Made by a program: the position numbers and the translations under genes. From Solirubrobacterales bacterium (lineage in GTDB: Bacteria; Actinomycetota; Thermoleophilia; Solirubrobacterales; 70-9), in assembly GCA_036780865.1 (NCBI GenBank), contig DAIQCC010000001.1, positions 60,446-124,445 on the forward strand: a stretch of DNA of 64,000 bases, given 5' to 3'. Under the pieces are notes generated by a model. The model had not been told where the DNA came from and made no database searches. It worked only from the letters and a program-made list of their open reading frames with translations. Below, piece by piece: positions 44,343 to 54,221 of this stretch; position 1 is the stretch's first letter, and each line of letters starts with the position of its first letter.

Positions 44343-45329
44343 TCAGACCTGAATTTCCAGCCATTCCTTCATGGTCAGATGGCGGCGGCTCGGGTTCTCC
44401 CCCGCGATCTCACGGCGCAGGTCCTCGACCGTGCCGAAGCGCTCGGCGACCACGTTGTGACGATGGATCGTCTCGAGGTTTTCCTGGCGGGCCATCACGA
44501 AACCCTCGCCGGCCAGTCCCGGGTAGGTGTCGATCACCTGGCGGATCATTTCCCTGACGCAGTCCTCGACGAAGCGGGGCTGGCTGTGGGCTTTGACCAC
44601 GACCGACATCTCGTCCGGCCGCTTCATCAGCTCGTAGATCTCCGAGCTCATCGAGCTCTCGACCAGGCGAAGCATGTCGCGGGCGTCAAGTTCCGGTCCG
44701 CCCTCGGTGCAGCCGATCCAGAGGGTGCCGATGCCGCGCTGGTTGTGGGTGGCGATCGGAACCGTCTCGACGATTTCCTCGACCTGGTCATCGGTGTAGC
44801 CCTTCTCGGAGAGCCGTCCGCGGGCGAGGTCGGCGACCATCTCCTGTGCGCAGGGGCAGGCGGTCATTCCCTGGGCCTGGACGCCGGTCACGGTGCGGGT
44901 CTCCTTCTCCGAGGCGACCGCGGTGCCGAGCAGATTGTAGATCTCCTGGTTCTCGATCCCGGAGACCGGGGCGGGCATCTTCTGGGCGTAGCGGGCGTTG
45001 ATCGAAACTTCGGCCCGGAGGCCCTTCTGCTTGACCCGGACGAGTTCCGCGATCCGCGCGGCGAGCCGTTCGGCCCGCATCGACTGGGTGGCGATCACTT
45101 CCTCGATCGCCTCGGAAACGTTTTCCTCGAAGCGGGACATGTGCACGCCGGCCTGGTCGGGCGCGAGGTCCACGTAGCACTCGAGTTCCGCGTGGTAGTG
45201 GCCTTCCTCGCCGATGCTGATCACCTTCTCGACACCGGTGACACCGACCCGCGAAAGACTCACTCGCGTGGCGGGCTGGGAGGCCTGGACGTCAATTGCA
45301 TTTGGGGAAAGCGCGATCTCAGGGTTCAT
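44343..45329 (-). CDS. folE2: GTP cyclohydrolase I type 2 (FolE2/MptA family)
   Basis: [22 protein letters not shown] and THNQRG blocks. Confidence 0.85.
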   Translation of the reverse strand: MNPEIALSPNAIDVQASQPATRVSLSRVGVTGVEKVISIGEEGHYHAELECYVDLAPDQAGVHMSRFEENVSEAIEEVIATQSMRAERLAARIAELVRVKQKGLRAEVSINARYAQKMPAPVSGIENQEIYNLLGTAVASEKETRTVTGVQAQGMTACPCAQEMVADLARGRLSEKGYTDDQVEEIVETVPIATHNQRGIGTLWIGCTEGGPELDARDMLRLVESSMSSEIYELMKRPDEMSVVVKAHSQPRFVEDCVREMIRQVIDTYPGLAGEGFVMARQENLETIHRHNVVAERFGTVEDLRREIAGENPSRRHLTMKEWLEIQV

Positions 45330-45382
45330 TTTTCTCTTTGCAGCCTAGTAACCAGCCCGCGTGGGCATTGAGGGACACTCCG

Positions 45383-45388
45383 TATAAT
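45383..45388 (+). promoter_or_regulatory. perfect TATAAT -10 hexamer upstream of the sigma-factor gene
   Basis: TATAAT lies 60 nt upstream of ATG 45449. No convincing -35 is present. Confidence 0.3.
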
Positions 45389-45448
45389 TTCGCAACCGCG
45401 CACGAACTCAGGGTTTCCATCAAGTGGAATCCGTTACTGGGGGTAGTC

Positions 45449-46606
45449 ATGGAGTTCGAAACCGAGGAGTTGAAGGTATTGGCCGCTTCCGGCCGGGAGC
45501 GCGGATATCTCACGGTCGACGCGGTGGCGGAGGCGGTTTCCGAACTTGACATCACCCGCACCCAGGTCGAGGAACTGAACACCTGGCTAACCGACCAGGG
45601 GATCGACCTGATCAGCCAGGAGGAGTCCGACATCCGGGGCGGCCCGGGGGACGACGCGCCACCGAGCCTCGATTCGCCCGCCCCGATCGAGGGCGAGCCG
45701 GAACTCGAAGAGACGACGATCCCGACCCCCGCTGCCGCGGCGGCAGCACCGACGGTCGGTGCCGGCGAGGTCGGCTCCGACGCGAACCTCGACTCGCTGC
45801 GGCTTTACCTCCGCTCGATCGGCCAGGTCGACCTGCTCACCGCGCAGCAAGAGGTCGAACTGGCCAAACGGATCGAGCGCGGTGACATGGAAGCGAAACG
45901 TCAGATGGTCGAGGCCAACCTGCGTCTGGTGGTTTCCATAGCCAAGGGATATCTCGGTCGCGGCCTCAGCTTCCTGGACCTGATCCAGGAGGGTTCTCTC
46001 GGCCTGATCAGGGCGGTCGAGAAGTTCGACTACCGGCGCGGCTACAAGTTCTCCACCTACGCGACCTGGTGGATCCGCCAGGCGGTGACCCGGGCGGTCG
46101 CCGACAAGTCGCGGTCGATCCGGATCCCGGTCCACATGGTCGAGAAGCTGAACCGCGTCCACTTCGTCGAGCGCCAGCTGGTTCAGGACCTGGGCCGTGA
46201 ACCGGAACCACAGGAGATCGCAGCCGAGCTCGGCTGGACGGTCCAGGAAGTTCGCGATGTGTGGCGGGTTTCGCAGACGCCGGTCTCGCTGGAGAAGCCG
46301 GTCGGTGAAGGCGAGGAGACCGAACTGGTCGACCTGGTCAAGGACGAGAACCAGATGGAGCCCTTCGATGAGGCTTCGCTGAATCTCAGGAGCGAAAGCG
46401 TGCGTCGGGTCCTCAACAGCCTGCCCGAACGGGAACGCGAGGTGCTGATCATGCGCTACGGGCTCGGCGGCATGAACCCGCGCACCCTCGAGGAATGCGG
46501 TGAGGCTTTCGGCGTGACCCGCGAAAGGGTCCGCCAGATCGAGACCTCGACCCTGAGGAAGATCAAGTCCCTGCCCGAGGCCCAGGGCCTCCGCGAAGCC
46601 GGCTAA
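45449..46606 (+). CDS. RNA polymerase sigma-70 family factor (group 1/2, RpoD/HrdB-like)
   Basis: Regions 1.2-4.2 are present: [54 protein letters not shown], and [23 protein letters not shown] 45449 follows a GGGGG SD. Confidence 0.9.
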   Translation: MEFETEELKVLAASGRERGYLTVDAVAEAVSELDITRTQVEELNTWLTDQGIDLISQEESDIRGGPGDDAPPSLDSPAPIEGEPELEETTIPTPAAAAAAPTVGAGEVGSDANLDSLRLYLRSIGQVDLLTAQQEVELAKRIERGDMEAKRQMVEANLRLVVSIAKGYLGRGLSFLDLIQEGSLGLIRAVEKFDYRRGYKFSTYATWWIRQAVTRAVADKSRSIRIPVHMVEKLNRVHFVERQLVQDLGREPEPQEIAAELGWTVQEVRDVWRVSQTPVSLEKPVGEGEETELVDLVKDENQMEPFDEASLNLRSESVRRVLNSLPEREREVLIMRYGLGGMNPRTLEECGEAFGVTRERVRQIETSTLRKIKSLPEAQGLREAG

Positions 46607-46733
46607 AGGCCGGTAGGTCGCCAGCGGCGCGCTGGCAAGGAAGAGGTCGAATCGGGCGACGATAGTACGCGGGTACGTGAGGAACCCGATTCGGGCGATG
46701 ACGCCGCCAGCGTGTCGCTGGTGGCTTACCGGA

Positions 46734-46815
46734 TGGGGGAGACAGGATTCGAACCTGTGTAGGCAGAGCCAACTGGTTTACAGCCAGTCCCCTTTAACCA
46801 CTCGGGCACTCCCCC
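46734..46815 (-). tRNA. tRNA-Tyr (anticodon GTA)
   Basis: Hand-folded: acceptor GGGGGAG/CTCCCCC, anticodon stem ACTGG/CCAGT with loop CTGTAAA, long variable arm, T-arm ACAGG/CCTGT with TTCGAAT. No encoded CCA. Confidence 0.9.
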
Positions 46816-46884
46816 GGCTGAGCCGGTCAGTTTATTGACCCTGCCCGGGAGAGGTCATCCCGTTGAAGGGGCATACTTCCGGCA

Positions 46885-47937
46885 ATGACCGAGACCGGCC
46901 CCAGGGGTTTTGCCTCCGACAACTGCTCCGGCGCCCATCCGGCGATGCTCGAGGCCATATCCCTCGCCAATGACGGCCATGCTGCTTCCTACGGCGCCGA
47001 CCCCGAGACCACCCGCTTCGACGAGCTGGTCCGGGCCGAGTTCGGGGCGCAGGCGACCGGATTCCCGATGCTGAACGGAACCGGCGCCAACGTCGCTGCG
47101 CTTCGGGCGATGGCGCGGCCACATCAGGCGGTGATCTGCGCTTCGACCGCCCACATCCACATCGACGAGACGGCCGCCCCGGAAGCGATCGCGGGCCTGA
47201 AGCTGCTGACGGTCGACACCCCCGACGGCAAGCTGACCCCGGAGCTCGCCGCGAGCCGGCTGGTCGATCCGGCCGACGTTCCCCACGCCCCCTGGCCGGC
47301 CGTGATCTCGGTCGCGCAGGCAACCGAGGTCGGGACCGTGTACGCGCCTGAGGAGATAACTGCGCTCGCCGACTTCGCCCACGAACACGGGATGCTTCTC
47401 CACGTCGACGGGGCGAGGATCGCCAATGCGGCCGCCTCGCTGGGTGTCGGACTGGACGCGGCCAGCCTCGGGGCCGGAGCCGACGTCCTCACCCTCGGTG
47501 CGAACAAGAACGGGGCGGTGTTCGGAGAGGCGGTCATCTTCGCCGACCCGGACCTGGCTCGCGGCTTCGAGGTGCTCCGCAAAGGCTCGCTTCAGCTCGC
47601 CTCCAAGATGCGGTTCGTCTCGGCCCAGCTCAACGCCCAGCTCGAGGACGGGCTGTGGCGTGAGATTGCCGACCATTCGAACGCGATGGCGCGGCTGCTC
47701 GGCGACGGGATCGGCTGGACCGAGGGGGCCGACCTGGGCCAGCCGGTCCAGGCCAACATCGTCTTCCTCTCGATGCCGATCGAAGCGGCGCGGAAGTTGG
47801 TCGAGGCCTGCGAGCCGCATCCGCCGCTGCTCTTCGAGGCCGGCGAGGCCGGAGTGATCAGGTTGGTCTGCTCCTGGGACACCACTCCCGAGGACGTGGA
47901 CCGGCTGCTCAGGCAGATCCGCCATGCCCTCCACTAG
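46885..47937 (+). CDS. low-specificity threonine aldolase (PLP-dependent, beta-eliminating lyase family)
   Basis: FASDN start motif, HVDGARI, and a GANKNG Lys region. Confidence 0.8.
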   Translation: MTETGPRGFASDNCSGAHPAMLEAISLANDGHAASYGADPETTRFDELVRAEFGAQATGFPMLNGTGANVAALRAMARPHQAVICASTAHIHIDETAAPEAIAGLKLLTVDTPDGKLTPELAASRLVDPADVPHAPWPAVISVAQATEVGTVYAPEEITALADFAHEHGMLLHVDGARIANAAASLGVGLDAASLGAGADVLTLGANKNGAVFGEAVIFADPDLARGFEVLRKGSLQLASKMRFVSAQLNAQLEDGLWREIADHSNAMARLLGDGIGWTEGADLGQPVQANIVFLSMPIEAARKLVEACEPHPPLLFEAGEAGVIRLVCSWDTTPEDVDRLLRQIRHALH

Positions 47938-48188
47938 GGCCCTCCCTGCCAGGCGAGCCGCGGAGCACGCGCCAGGAGCGCGCGGCCGGAGCCCGAGGCC
48001 GAGGCGCGCGGCCGGGGCCCGAGGGGACGGAGCGAGAGCAGAGTTGTGTTGCCAATTGGCGCAACAGTCTGCTTTGGACCCGGCTCGCAGCCTCGGCGTT
48101 TCGTGACCCGCCCGGCAGCCTTGGCGTTCTTTGAACCCCCCCTTGGCCCTCCAGGTGGCAGTCCGCCTTGGGACCACCCTTGTTGGGG

Positions 48189-48905
48189 TCAGTCGAGGAG
48201 GTTTCTTTCGTTGGCCCAGCGGGTCAGCTCGTGCCTCGAGGAGAGCTGCAGCTTGCGAAGGGTCGAACTGGTGTGGGCTTCGACCGTCTTGATCGAGATG
48301 CCGAGCCGTCGGGCGATCTCCTTGTACATGTATCCGCGGGCGATCAGTCGCAGCACCTCCTGCTCACGCGGGGTGAGCAGGTCGAGCTCGTCGTCCTCGC
48401 CCTCCGCGGCAGCGCCGGCAAAGGCGTCGAGCACGAAGCCGGCGAGCTGGGGCGAGAAGACCGCATCACCGTGGTGGACCCGCTCGATCGCGTCGATCAG
48501 GTCGGGCCCGGAAATCGTCTTCGTCACGTAGCCGCGGGCTCCGGCCCGGATCACGCTGACGACGTCCTCCGGGTCGTCGCTGACCGAGAGCGCGAGGAAC
48601 CGGGGAGGGGTGGGACCGTCCGGGCCGGAGGCCGCTTCGGCGACCTCGCGGATCACCTCGACCCCGCCTCCGCCCGGCATGTGCACGTCAAGCAGGACCA
48701 CATCCGGCCTGGTCCGCTCGATCAGCAGTACAGCGTCACCGACCCCGTCGGCCTCGCCGACCACGTCGACCCCGGCCACCAGCTCGGATCGGACGCCCGC
48801 CCGGAAGATCGCGTGATCGTCCACGATCGCGACCCGGACCCGGTCGGCCGTCGCGGCCTCACCGGGCTCGCTCTCGGGTTGATTCCTGTCGTTCGCCTCG
48901 CTCAT
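48189..48905 (-). CDS. NarL/LuxR family response regulator
   Basis: VAIVDDH and LLDVHMPG receiver motifs. LTPREQEVLRLIARGYMYKEIARRLGISIKTVEAH HTH. Confidence 0.9.
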   Translation of the reverse strand: MSEANDRNQPESEPGEAATADRVRVAIVDDHAIFRAGVRSELVAGVDVVGEADGVGDAVLLIERTRPDVVLLDVHMPGGGGVEVIREVAEAASGPDGPTPPRFLALSVSDDPEDVVSVIRAGARGYVTKTISGPDLIDAIERVHHGDAVFSPQLAGFVLDAFAGAAAEGEDDELDLLTPREQEVLRLIARGYMYKEIARRLGISIKTVEAHTSSTLRKLQLSSRHELTRWANERNLLD

Positions 48906-50122
48906 CTGTTCTCCATCACGAGTTCCACTTCGGTCCCTTCGCCGGGAACCGAGCGGATCTCGGCCTTTCCTCCATGGGCCTCCATGCGGCCCAGGATCGA
49001 GTCTCTCACCCCTCGCCGGTCATCCGGCACCGACTCCGGGTCGAATCCGGGTCCACGGTCGTGGATGAACACCTCGGTTCGCTTGCGGTCGATCTCGGCG
49101 TAGAGCCGGACCGGCCCGGCGTGACCGGCGTGGCGTGCTGCGTTGTTCATCGCCTCCCGGCTCGCAGCGACCAGGGCAGCGGCGTTCTCGTCCAGTGGCA
49201 GATCGCCTACCGTTACCGCGTCGATCGGAACCTGATGTCGCTCCTCGATCTCCGCCGCGGCTTCCTTCAGGGCCTCGGCCAGCGAGTCGGCGCGGTCGGC
49301 CTCGGTCTTTCCGGACAGCCACTCACGCAACTCCCGCTCCTGGCTACGGGCGAGAGTTGAGATGCGACGGCTGTCCTCCGGGTTCTTCTGGATCAGGGCG
49401 AGGGTCTGCAGCACCGAGTCGTGAAGGTGCGCGGCGACCTCGGCCCGTTCCTCGGAGCGGATGCGCTCTGCCCGTTCCACACTCAGTTCCCGGGCCGAGC
49501 GGGCCCAGAGTGGTGCCGCGACCAGGCCGATCACGATCACGGCGGTGAGCCCGGCAAGGGCGACGTCGCCGCCGGCGCTGAGCGCCCCGTTGATGTAGAG
49601 GAAGAGGACGGCCCCGCCGAGCAGGAGGGCGACTCCTACACCGCCACGAAAGGGTCCCAGGAACAGATGGCGGCGGCTCGCTTCTTTGCCCGAGCCAGTT
49701 CCGGCGTCTTCTCTCGCCTCGCGCTCGCGGACCGTCTCGTTGATCTGTCGCCAGATCAGCGCGACGCCGGCCGCGGCGATGACCAGCGGCCAGACCAGCG
49801 CGTCCGACCACCAAACGCCGGTCTCCCGGAAGATGAAGAGCAGGCCGAGGGTGACGAAGCCGGCCCCGGCGCCGACCGCCCAGGATCCCTTGAACTGGCG
49901 GGGCGGGGCGGTGGTTCGAACGCTGTCCCGGCTGCCCTGCCGTGGCTTCCACCTCCTGCCGCCGGACTCGTCCCCGGCATCCGGCAGCGCCACCCAGAGC
50001 AGCCCGTAGCCGATCGCCGCGACACCGCCGGTGATCACGGTCAGCACGACCGTAATCACCCTGACCAGCGTTGGGTCGACCCTGAGGCGAAGCGCGATGC
50101 CGGAGCAGACTCCGGCAATCAC
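48902..50122 (-). CDS. PspC-domain-containing sensor histidine kinase (HisKA_3 type)
   Basis: N-terminal PspC domain (IAGVCSGIALRLRVDPTLVRV), TM helices, H-box AAHLHDSVLQTL, and a HATPase region. 4-nt overlap with the RR gene. Confidence 0.85.
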   Translation of the reverse strand: MIAGVCSGIALRLRVDPTLVRVITVVLTVITGGVAAIGYGLLWVALPDAGDESGGRRWKPRQGSRDSVRTTAPPRQFKGSWAVGAGAGFVTLGLLFIFRETGVWWSDALVWPLVIAAAGVALIWRQINETVREREAREDAGTGSGKEASRRHLFLGPFRGGVGVALLLGGAVLFLYINGALSAGGDVALAGLTAVIVIGLVAAPLWARSARELSVERAERIRSEERAEVAAHLHDSVLQTLALIQKNPEDSRRISTLARSQERELREWLSGKTEADRADSLAEALKEAAAEIEERHQVPIDAVTVGDLPLDENAAALVAASREAMNNAARHAGHAGPVRLYAEIDRKRTEVFIHDRGPGFDPESVPDDRRGVRDSILGRMEAHGGKAEIRSVPGEGTEVELVMENR

Positions 50123-50166
50123 GCCGCCTTCACGATCGCGCTGCCACCGCTTGTCGGCCGGCTCGC

Positions 50167-51606
50167 TCAGGGGCGACCGAGCACTTTCTTCTTCGGGACC
50201 AGCCTGGCGGCGCAGGCAGCCTCGGCCCTGTCCCTGGCCTGGGCGCTGGTGATGTCATCCGGTTCGAGATCGTTGTCCTCGAAGCTGCCAGCCCTGCCGT
50301 CCTGGCGCCACTGGGTGTTGTCGACGACCTCGAAGGCGCCGAGCTTGATCTCTCCGTCAACGGTCACCACGGGGTTCGCCGCCAATCCGGTTGCCAGGGT
50401 CGAGGGCACATCCTGGGTGATGTCGATTCCGCTGGTCTGGCGGCCCCTGATGTTGATGACGCCGGCCTTCCCGTAGACGTCACCGGCGACGCAGACATCG
50501 TCAGGCACGATCACCGAGGTCAACCCGATGCCACTCCTGACCGGCACTTCCAGCTTCCGCGTGTTCTCGAAATCGAACTTTCGCAGGTCTATGGTCAGGT
50601 TGCCGGCAGCCATCCGGTAGCCGTCGGCCGGGATGTCGGCCCTGGCGACCGGGGACTTCTTGAGTTCACCGTAGCTGCCTTCGACCCGCAGGTCGGCGAT
50701 CGAGACGGCCGCCATCGGCAGTGTCACGGCGACGGCTGCGGTCAGGAGCCAGAGGGAAAGCTGGCGGCGGCCTTTGAGTCCGGCGTAAACCATGGCCCCG
50801 CCGAGAACGATCACCAGACCGGCCATCGGCAGCCCGCCCAGCAGGACGGTGGTTCCGGCCGAGATCACAAAGATGGTGCAGAACACGGTCAGTGCGGCCA
50901 GGCCGATCGCTATCCAGAGCATGATGCGGCCAATCACCGACGGGGCGTCCTGTCCGGACTGTCCGGCGGGGGAGGGCTTGCCGCCACCACCGGTGACTCC
51001 GCTGCTGCCGGCGGACATCTGGCGGGTCTGCATGATCTCGGTGCGACTGAGCTGGGTCGGGGACTCCGCGAAGGTGCCGGTTCCGGCCACCGGCTCAGGA
51101 TCCCCGGCGGGGGGACCGGGCTTTGCGGAAACGGGGGCGCCAGCGGCCGGGGAAGGGGAGGGGGTCGCTGGTGTTTCCGCCCCGGCCTCCCGGCCGAACC
51201 GGCCGGTGGCGAGGAGCCAGATTGAGAGGACCGCCGCAGCCGACCAGAAGAGGATCCCGAAGACGGTTCCGGGCCAGAATCCGAAGAGCCATGAGCTGAA
51301 GGAGCCGGTGCTGGCGGTGACGACGCTGATGATGCCGACGATCACGGCCAGTCCGATCATCATGTTCCTTCGCTTTGGCTCGATCGGCGGCAGTGGCTCG
51401 GACGGGTCACCGTCGACCGGCATCACTGCCAGCAGCGCCAGGTAGACGATCATGCCGAGACCGCCCAGCGCGAGGCTGGCGATGAACGCGATCCGCACGA
51501 AGATCGGGTCGACGCTGAAGCGTTCGGCAAGTCCGGCTGCGACACCGCCGATGTAGCGGTCGCTCCGGGAGCGGGTGAGTTTCTTGGGGGGAGACTGTTC
51601 TGTCAT
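50167..51606 (-). CDS. PspC domain membrane protein
   Basis: RSRSDRYIGGVAAGLAERFSVDPIFVRIAF PspC domain, multiple TM segments, a Pro/Ala/Gly-rich linker, and a beta-rich C-terminal domain. Start set at ATG 51606. Confidence 0.75.
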   Translation of the reverse strand: MTEQSPPKKLTRSRSDRYIGGVAAGLAERFSVDPIFVRIAFIASLALGGLGMIVYLALLAVMPVDGDPSEPLPPIEPKRRNMMIGLAVIVGIISVVTASTGSFSSWLFGFWPGTVFGILFWSAAAVLSIWLLATGRFGREAGAETPATPSPSPAAGAPVSAKPGPPAGDPEPVAGTGTFAESPTQLSRTEIMQTRQMSAGSSGVTGGGGKPSPAGQSGQDAPSVIGRIMLWIAIGLAALTVFCTIFVISAGTTVLLGGLPMAGLVIVLGGAMVYAGLKGRRQLSLWLLTAAVAVTLPMAAVSIADLRVEGSYGELKKSPVARADIPADGYRMAAGNLTIDLRKFDFENTRKLEVPVRSGIGLTSVIVPDDVCVAGDVYGKAGVINIRGRQTSGIDITQDVPSTLATGLAANPVVTVDGEIKLGAFEVVDNTQWRQDGRAGSFEDNDLEPDDITSAQARDRAEAACAARLVPKKKVLGRP

Positions 51607-51716
51607 GTCCACGAGGCTGAAGGCCCGGGCCCGCTTTGTCGATTGGGAATGACCCTTAGATGGCATCAGGGTCGTCCCCGGGTGCTGCGGTGCGATTCCG
51701 CCTACGATCCTTACAG

Positions 51717-52502
51717 GTGACAGGCGCAAACGGGAAAGCAATCGGCACGACCGAGGCCGCCGCAGCCGAGAGGATCACGATCGTCGAGCTGGCCGAACGG
51801 ACCGGGATGACGGTGCGGAACATCCGCGCCCATCAATCCCGCGGCCTGCTTGACCCCCCGGTGGTGGTCGGGCGCACCGGCTACTACGGCCAGGGTCACA
51901 TCGACCGGATCGAGCTGATCCGGGAACTGCAGGAGGAGGGGTTCAACCTCGAGGCGATCCGCCGGATCGTCGCCAGCGCCGGCGAGGATCCCGGGGAACT
52001 TCTGCGTTTCACCCGGGACGTCCGGGCGCCCTACGAGGACGAGCAGCCCGAAGTGATGTCGCTGCGGGAGATAGCCGGTCCCTGGGGCGACGAGAAATTT
52101 GACGAGGAGAGGCTGCGGCGTTCGGAGGCGCTCGGCCTGATGCGTCCGCTCGGTGACGGCCGCTTCGAGGTCCTATCCCCGAAGCTGCTCAGGGCCGGCC
52201 ACGAACTCGCCGCGATCGGGGTGCCGATGGACGACTGCCTCGACACGCTGGAGACCCTGAAGGAACGATCGACCACAGTCGCCGAAGTGTTCATACGGCT
52301 TTTTGACCGGCAGGTCTGGCAGCCCTTCGACGACGCCGGAAGGCCGCGGGACCGCTGGCCCGAGGTGCGCGATTCACTCCGGCGGCTGCGGCCCCTTGCC
52401 TCGGAGGCTTTCATCGCTTCCTTCCAGTTCGCGATGGAAGAAGTCTCCGAGAAGGCGATCTCCGAGGGCATCCGTCGCGATCTCGGCGAAGACGACCGGT
52501 AA
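51717..52502 (+). CDS. MerR family transcriptional regulator
   Basis: ITIVELAERTGMTVRNIRAHQSRGLL HTH. Start is uncertain (GTG 51717 chosen; the track start is 51660). Divergent from the PspC gene. Confidence 0.7.
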   Translation: MTGANGKAIGTTEAAAAERITIVELAERTGMTVRNIRAHQSRGLLDPPVVVGRTGYYGQGHIDRIELIRELQEEGFNLEAIRRIVASAGEDPGELLRFTRDVRAPYEDEQPEVMSLREIAGPWGDEKFDEERLRRSEALGLMRPLGDGRFEVLSPKLLRAGHELAAIGVPMDDCLDTLETLKERSTTVAEVFIRLFDRQVWQPFDDAGRPRDRWPEVRDSLRRLRPLASEAFIASFQFAMEEVSEKAISEGIRRDLGEDDR

Positions 52503-52532
52503 GCCGCTTCCCCGCTAAAGTTCTCCGTCTGC

Positions 52533-52605
<73 letters not shown>

Positions 52606-52834
52606 TCCCAATCACCATGCCGAACGCGGGGCGCGCGGAACTTCAAACCAGCCCCGCATATCCGCTCCATTTTCTGCACTAGTGCCACTTTTCGGCTCGA
52701 TATGCGCCGATTCCGGTGGATTTCCTCGGATTCCCGGTCGATTCCGGGCTGGTTACCCGATATGGGTGGGAGCCAGTGCGGCTCAGGGACCGCTGGATCG
52801 AGTCCACCCTTTCAGGGGCGGGAAGGAGCATGAG

Positions 52835-53602
52835 ATGCATCGCAACGAGAAGCATTGGCTGACCGAGGAGGAGTTGGAGACCGGGACTTGGGGTGAGAGC
52901 CTGGAGGGGACGGTGGTCGAGATCAGGAACATGCGGCCGTTTCTGGAGACCGCGTTCAGCGGGATCGAGTTCGCGGCGGCGGCGGTCAGAGCGAAGGAGC
53001 TTGGTTTCGATCGGTCGACGGTGTTCTGGCCGGATGTGTTTCCGAAGGAGGTCACCTACGGGATGGCATGGAAGGACGACCCGGACCTGGTCGCCGAGAT
53101 CGACCCTCCACCGGATCTGAGCCCGGGCTGGAAGCTGGACCCGTACTGGGGCGATCGGGTGAGGTATTGGAACGGAGAGGAGTGGGACCTGGTTGCCGCC
53201 CCGGCCCCGGGGAACCTCGATCTCTACAAGAGGATCGCGACGGGTGAGGATGTTGGTGAGATCCCGGAGGCGGTAACGATCCATCCGGCCAACTCGAAGG
53301 AGTCGGATCCGATTTTGGTAACGCTCAAAGGATCCTCGGACGCTGCACGCGTTATCGAAAAGACCGAAGATCAGCATGAATCGGGGGCGCTGCCGGTGGA
53401 AGCAGGAGAGGAGGTGTCTGCGTCCGATCTTGAGATGTCGAGGGAGATCGCGAGGTTCGTCGCGGAGCGGGCGTTCGAGTTCGACGACCACGAGGCTCGG
53501 GCGTGGGCGCTTACCGATTTTGACGTGTGGGCCTCGATCGCCGGGGAATCAGCGCAGCTTTCATTCAATCCGGCCGCAGGCGGCAAGACTCCCCGGCGAT
53601 GA
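52835..53602 (+). CDS. hypothetical protein with one DUF2510-like module
   Basis: ATG 52835 lies 6 nt after a GGAAGGAG SD. Contains GWKLDPYWGDRVRYWNGEEW. Acidic 255-aa product. Confidence 0.55.
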   Translation: MHRNEKHWLTEEELETGTWGESLEGTVVEIRNMRPFLETAFSGIEFAAAAVRAKELGFDRSTVFWPDVFPKEVTYGMAWKDDPDLVAEIDPPPDLSPGWKLDPYWGDRVRYWNGEEWDLVAAPAPGNLDLYKRIATGEDVGEIPEAVTIHPANSKESDPILVTLKGSSDAARVIEKTEDQHESGALPVEAGEEVSASDLEMSREIARFVAERAFEFDDHEARAWALTDFDVWASIAGESAQLSFNPAAGGKTPRR

Positions 53603-53609
53603 TCGGTCT

Positions 53610-53627
53610 GGCTCGCTCAAGCGAGCC
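53610..53627. terminator. hairpin between convergent genes
   Basis: GGCTCGC-tcaa-GCGAGCC, located between the 53602 stop and the copZ stop. Confidence 0.3.
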
Positions 53628-53665
53628 GCGACGTGCGGTTTGGGTTAGGCGAAGTTGTGAACGAC

Positions 53666-53872
53666 CTACGCCGCGACTTCGTACCCGGCTTCCGCAACTG
53701 CGCGACGGATCGCTGACTCGTCGATGTTCGTGCCGCGAACGGTGAGACGCCCGGCTGAGCGATCGGCCTCGACCGACTCGACGCCGGGAACTTCCGCAAC
53801 CTGCTCGCGCACCGACGACTCGCAATGCCCGCAGGTCATCCCCGTGACGGAGTAAGTCTGTTCTTCTGCCAT
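53666..53872 (-). CDS. copZ: heavy-metal-associated copper chaperone CopZ
   Basis: 68-aa product with GMTCGHC and a ferredoxin-like fold pattern. AGGAGG lies 6 nt upstream of ATG 53872. The track ORF (to 54481) is an upstream read-through artefact. Confidence 0.9.
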   Translation of the reverse strand: MAEEQTYSVTGMTCGHCESSVREQVAEVPGVESVEADRSAGRLTVRGTNIDESAIRRAVAEAGYEVAA

Positions 53873-53920
53873 TTTGAGCCTCCTGAGTGGGGTGAGGGTG
53901 GTTCCATGGGAAACTAGCAT

Positions 53921-53943
53921 TATAAACCCCCGGGGGGTATATA
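53921..53943. promoter_or_regulatory. CsoR/RicR-type operator-like palindrome upstream of copZ
   Basis: TATAAACCCCC-GGGGGGTATATA is a near-perfect palindrome with C5/G6 tracts flanked by AT. It lies about 50 nt upstream of the copZ start. Confidence 0.5.
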
Positions 53944-54030
53944 ACAGCGGTGGGAAATCGCTCGCACCATCTCGCCTCCAGCTAGGCCGTGAGGATGTCT
54001 CCGCCTTCCGTCGACGGCGCCACACAAGGG

Positions 54031-54052
54031 ATCTCCTACAGTCCGTCGTAAA
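54031..54052 (+). promoter_or_regulatory. box d of the recurring 22-nt motif
   Basis: ATCTCCTACAgtcCGTCGtaaa, located between copZ and the first M23 gene. Confidence 0.55.
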
Positions 54053-54221
54053 TATCGGTACATTGGTTACCGACAAACAAGCCGAGTCCGGTTCCAGCCG
54101 GATCGGGGGACCCGTTTGAGGCCGACCGTGGCCTCTGGGGCGAATCGCAGAAATGCGTAGCGCGAACTCTTTCAGCGCGAGCCCGTCAGCTAACCCCGAA
54201 GGCAGATGAAAGAGAGACGAA

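Noticed and set aside
44379-45371. 330-aa plus-strand ORF
   Set aside because: Antisense to folE2.
46607-46733. Paired hairpins (GCCAGC..GCTGGC; CCAGCG..CGCTGG) and GAATCGGGCGA repeats between the sigma-factor gene and tRNA-Tyr
   Set aside because: They are consistent with ordinary bidirectional terminators between convergent transcription units.
47978-48137. GC-rich direct repeats (GCGCGCGGCCGGrGCCCGAGG x2; GCAGCCTyGGCGTT... x2) and a CCAATTGG-centred hairpin between convergent genes
   Set aside because: They are short two-copy repeats in a convergent terminator region. Most likely they are terminator hairpins or slippage products, and no functional inference is possible.
46855-48177. 440-aa minus-strand ORF
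   Set aside because: Antisense to the threonine aldolase gene.
52606-52834. Integrase/att site expected next to tRNA-Thr(GGT)
   Set aside because: No integrase-like ORF follows the tRNA, and I found no copy of the tRNA 3' end in the remaining 11 kb. A cgaatccg 8-mer at about 63198 inside the ATPase gene is too short to count. The island idea is therefore kept only as a hypothesis.
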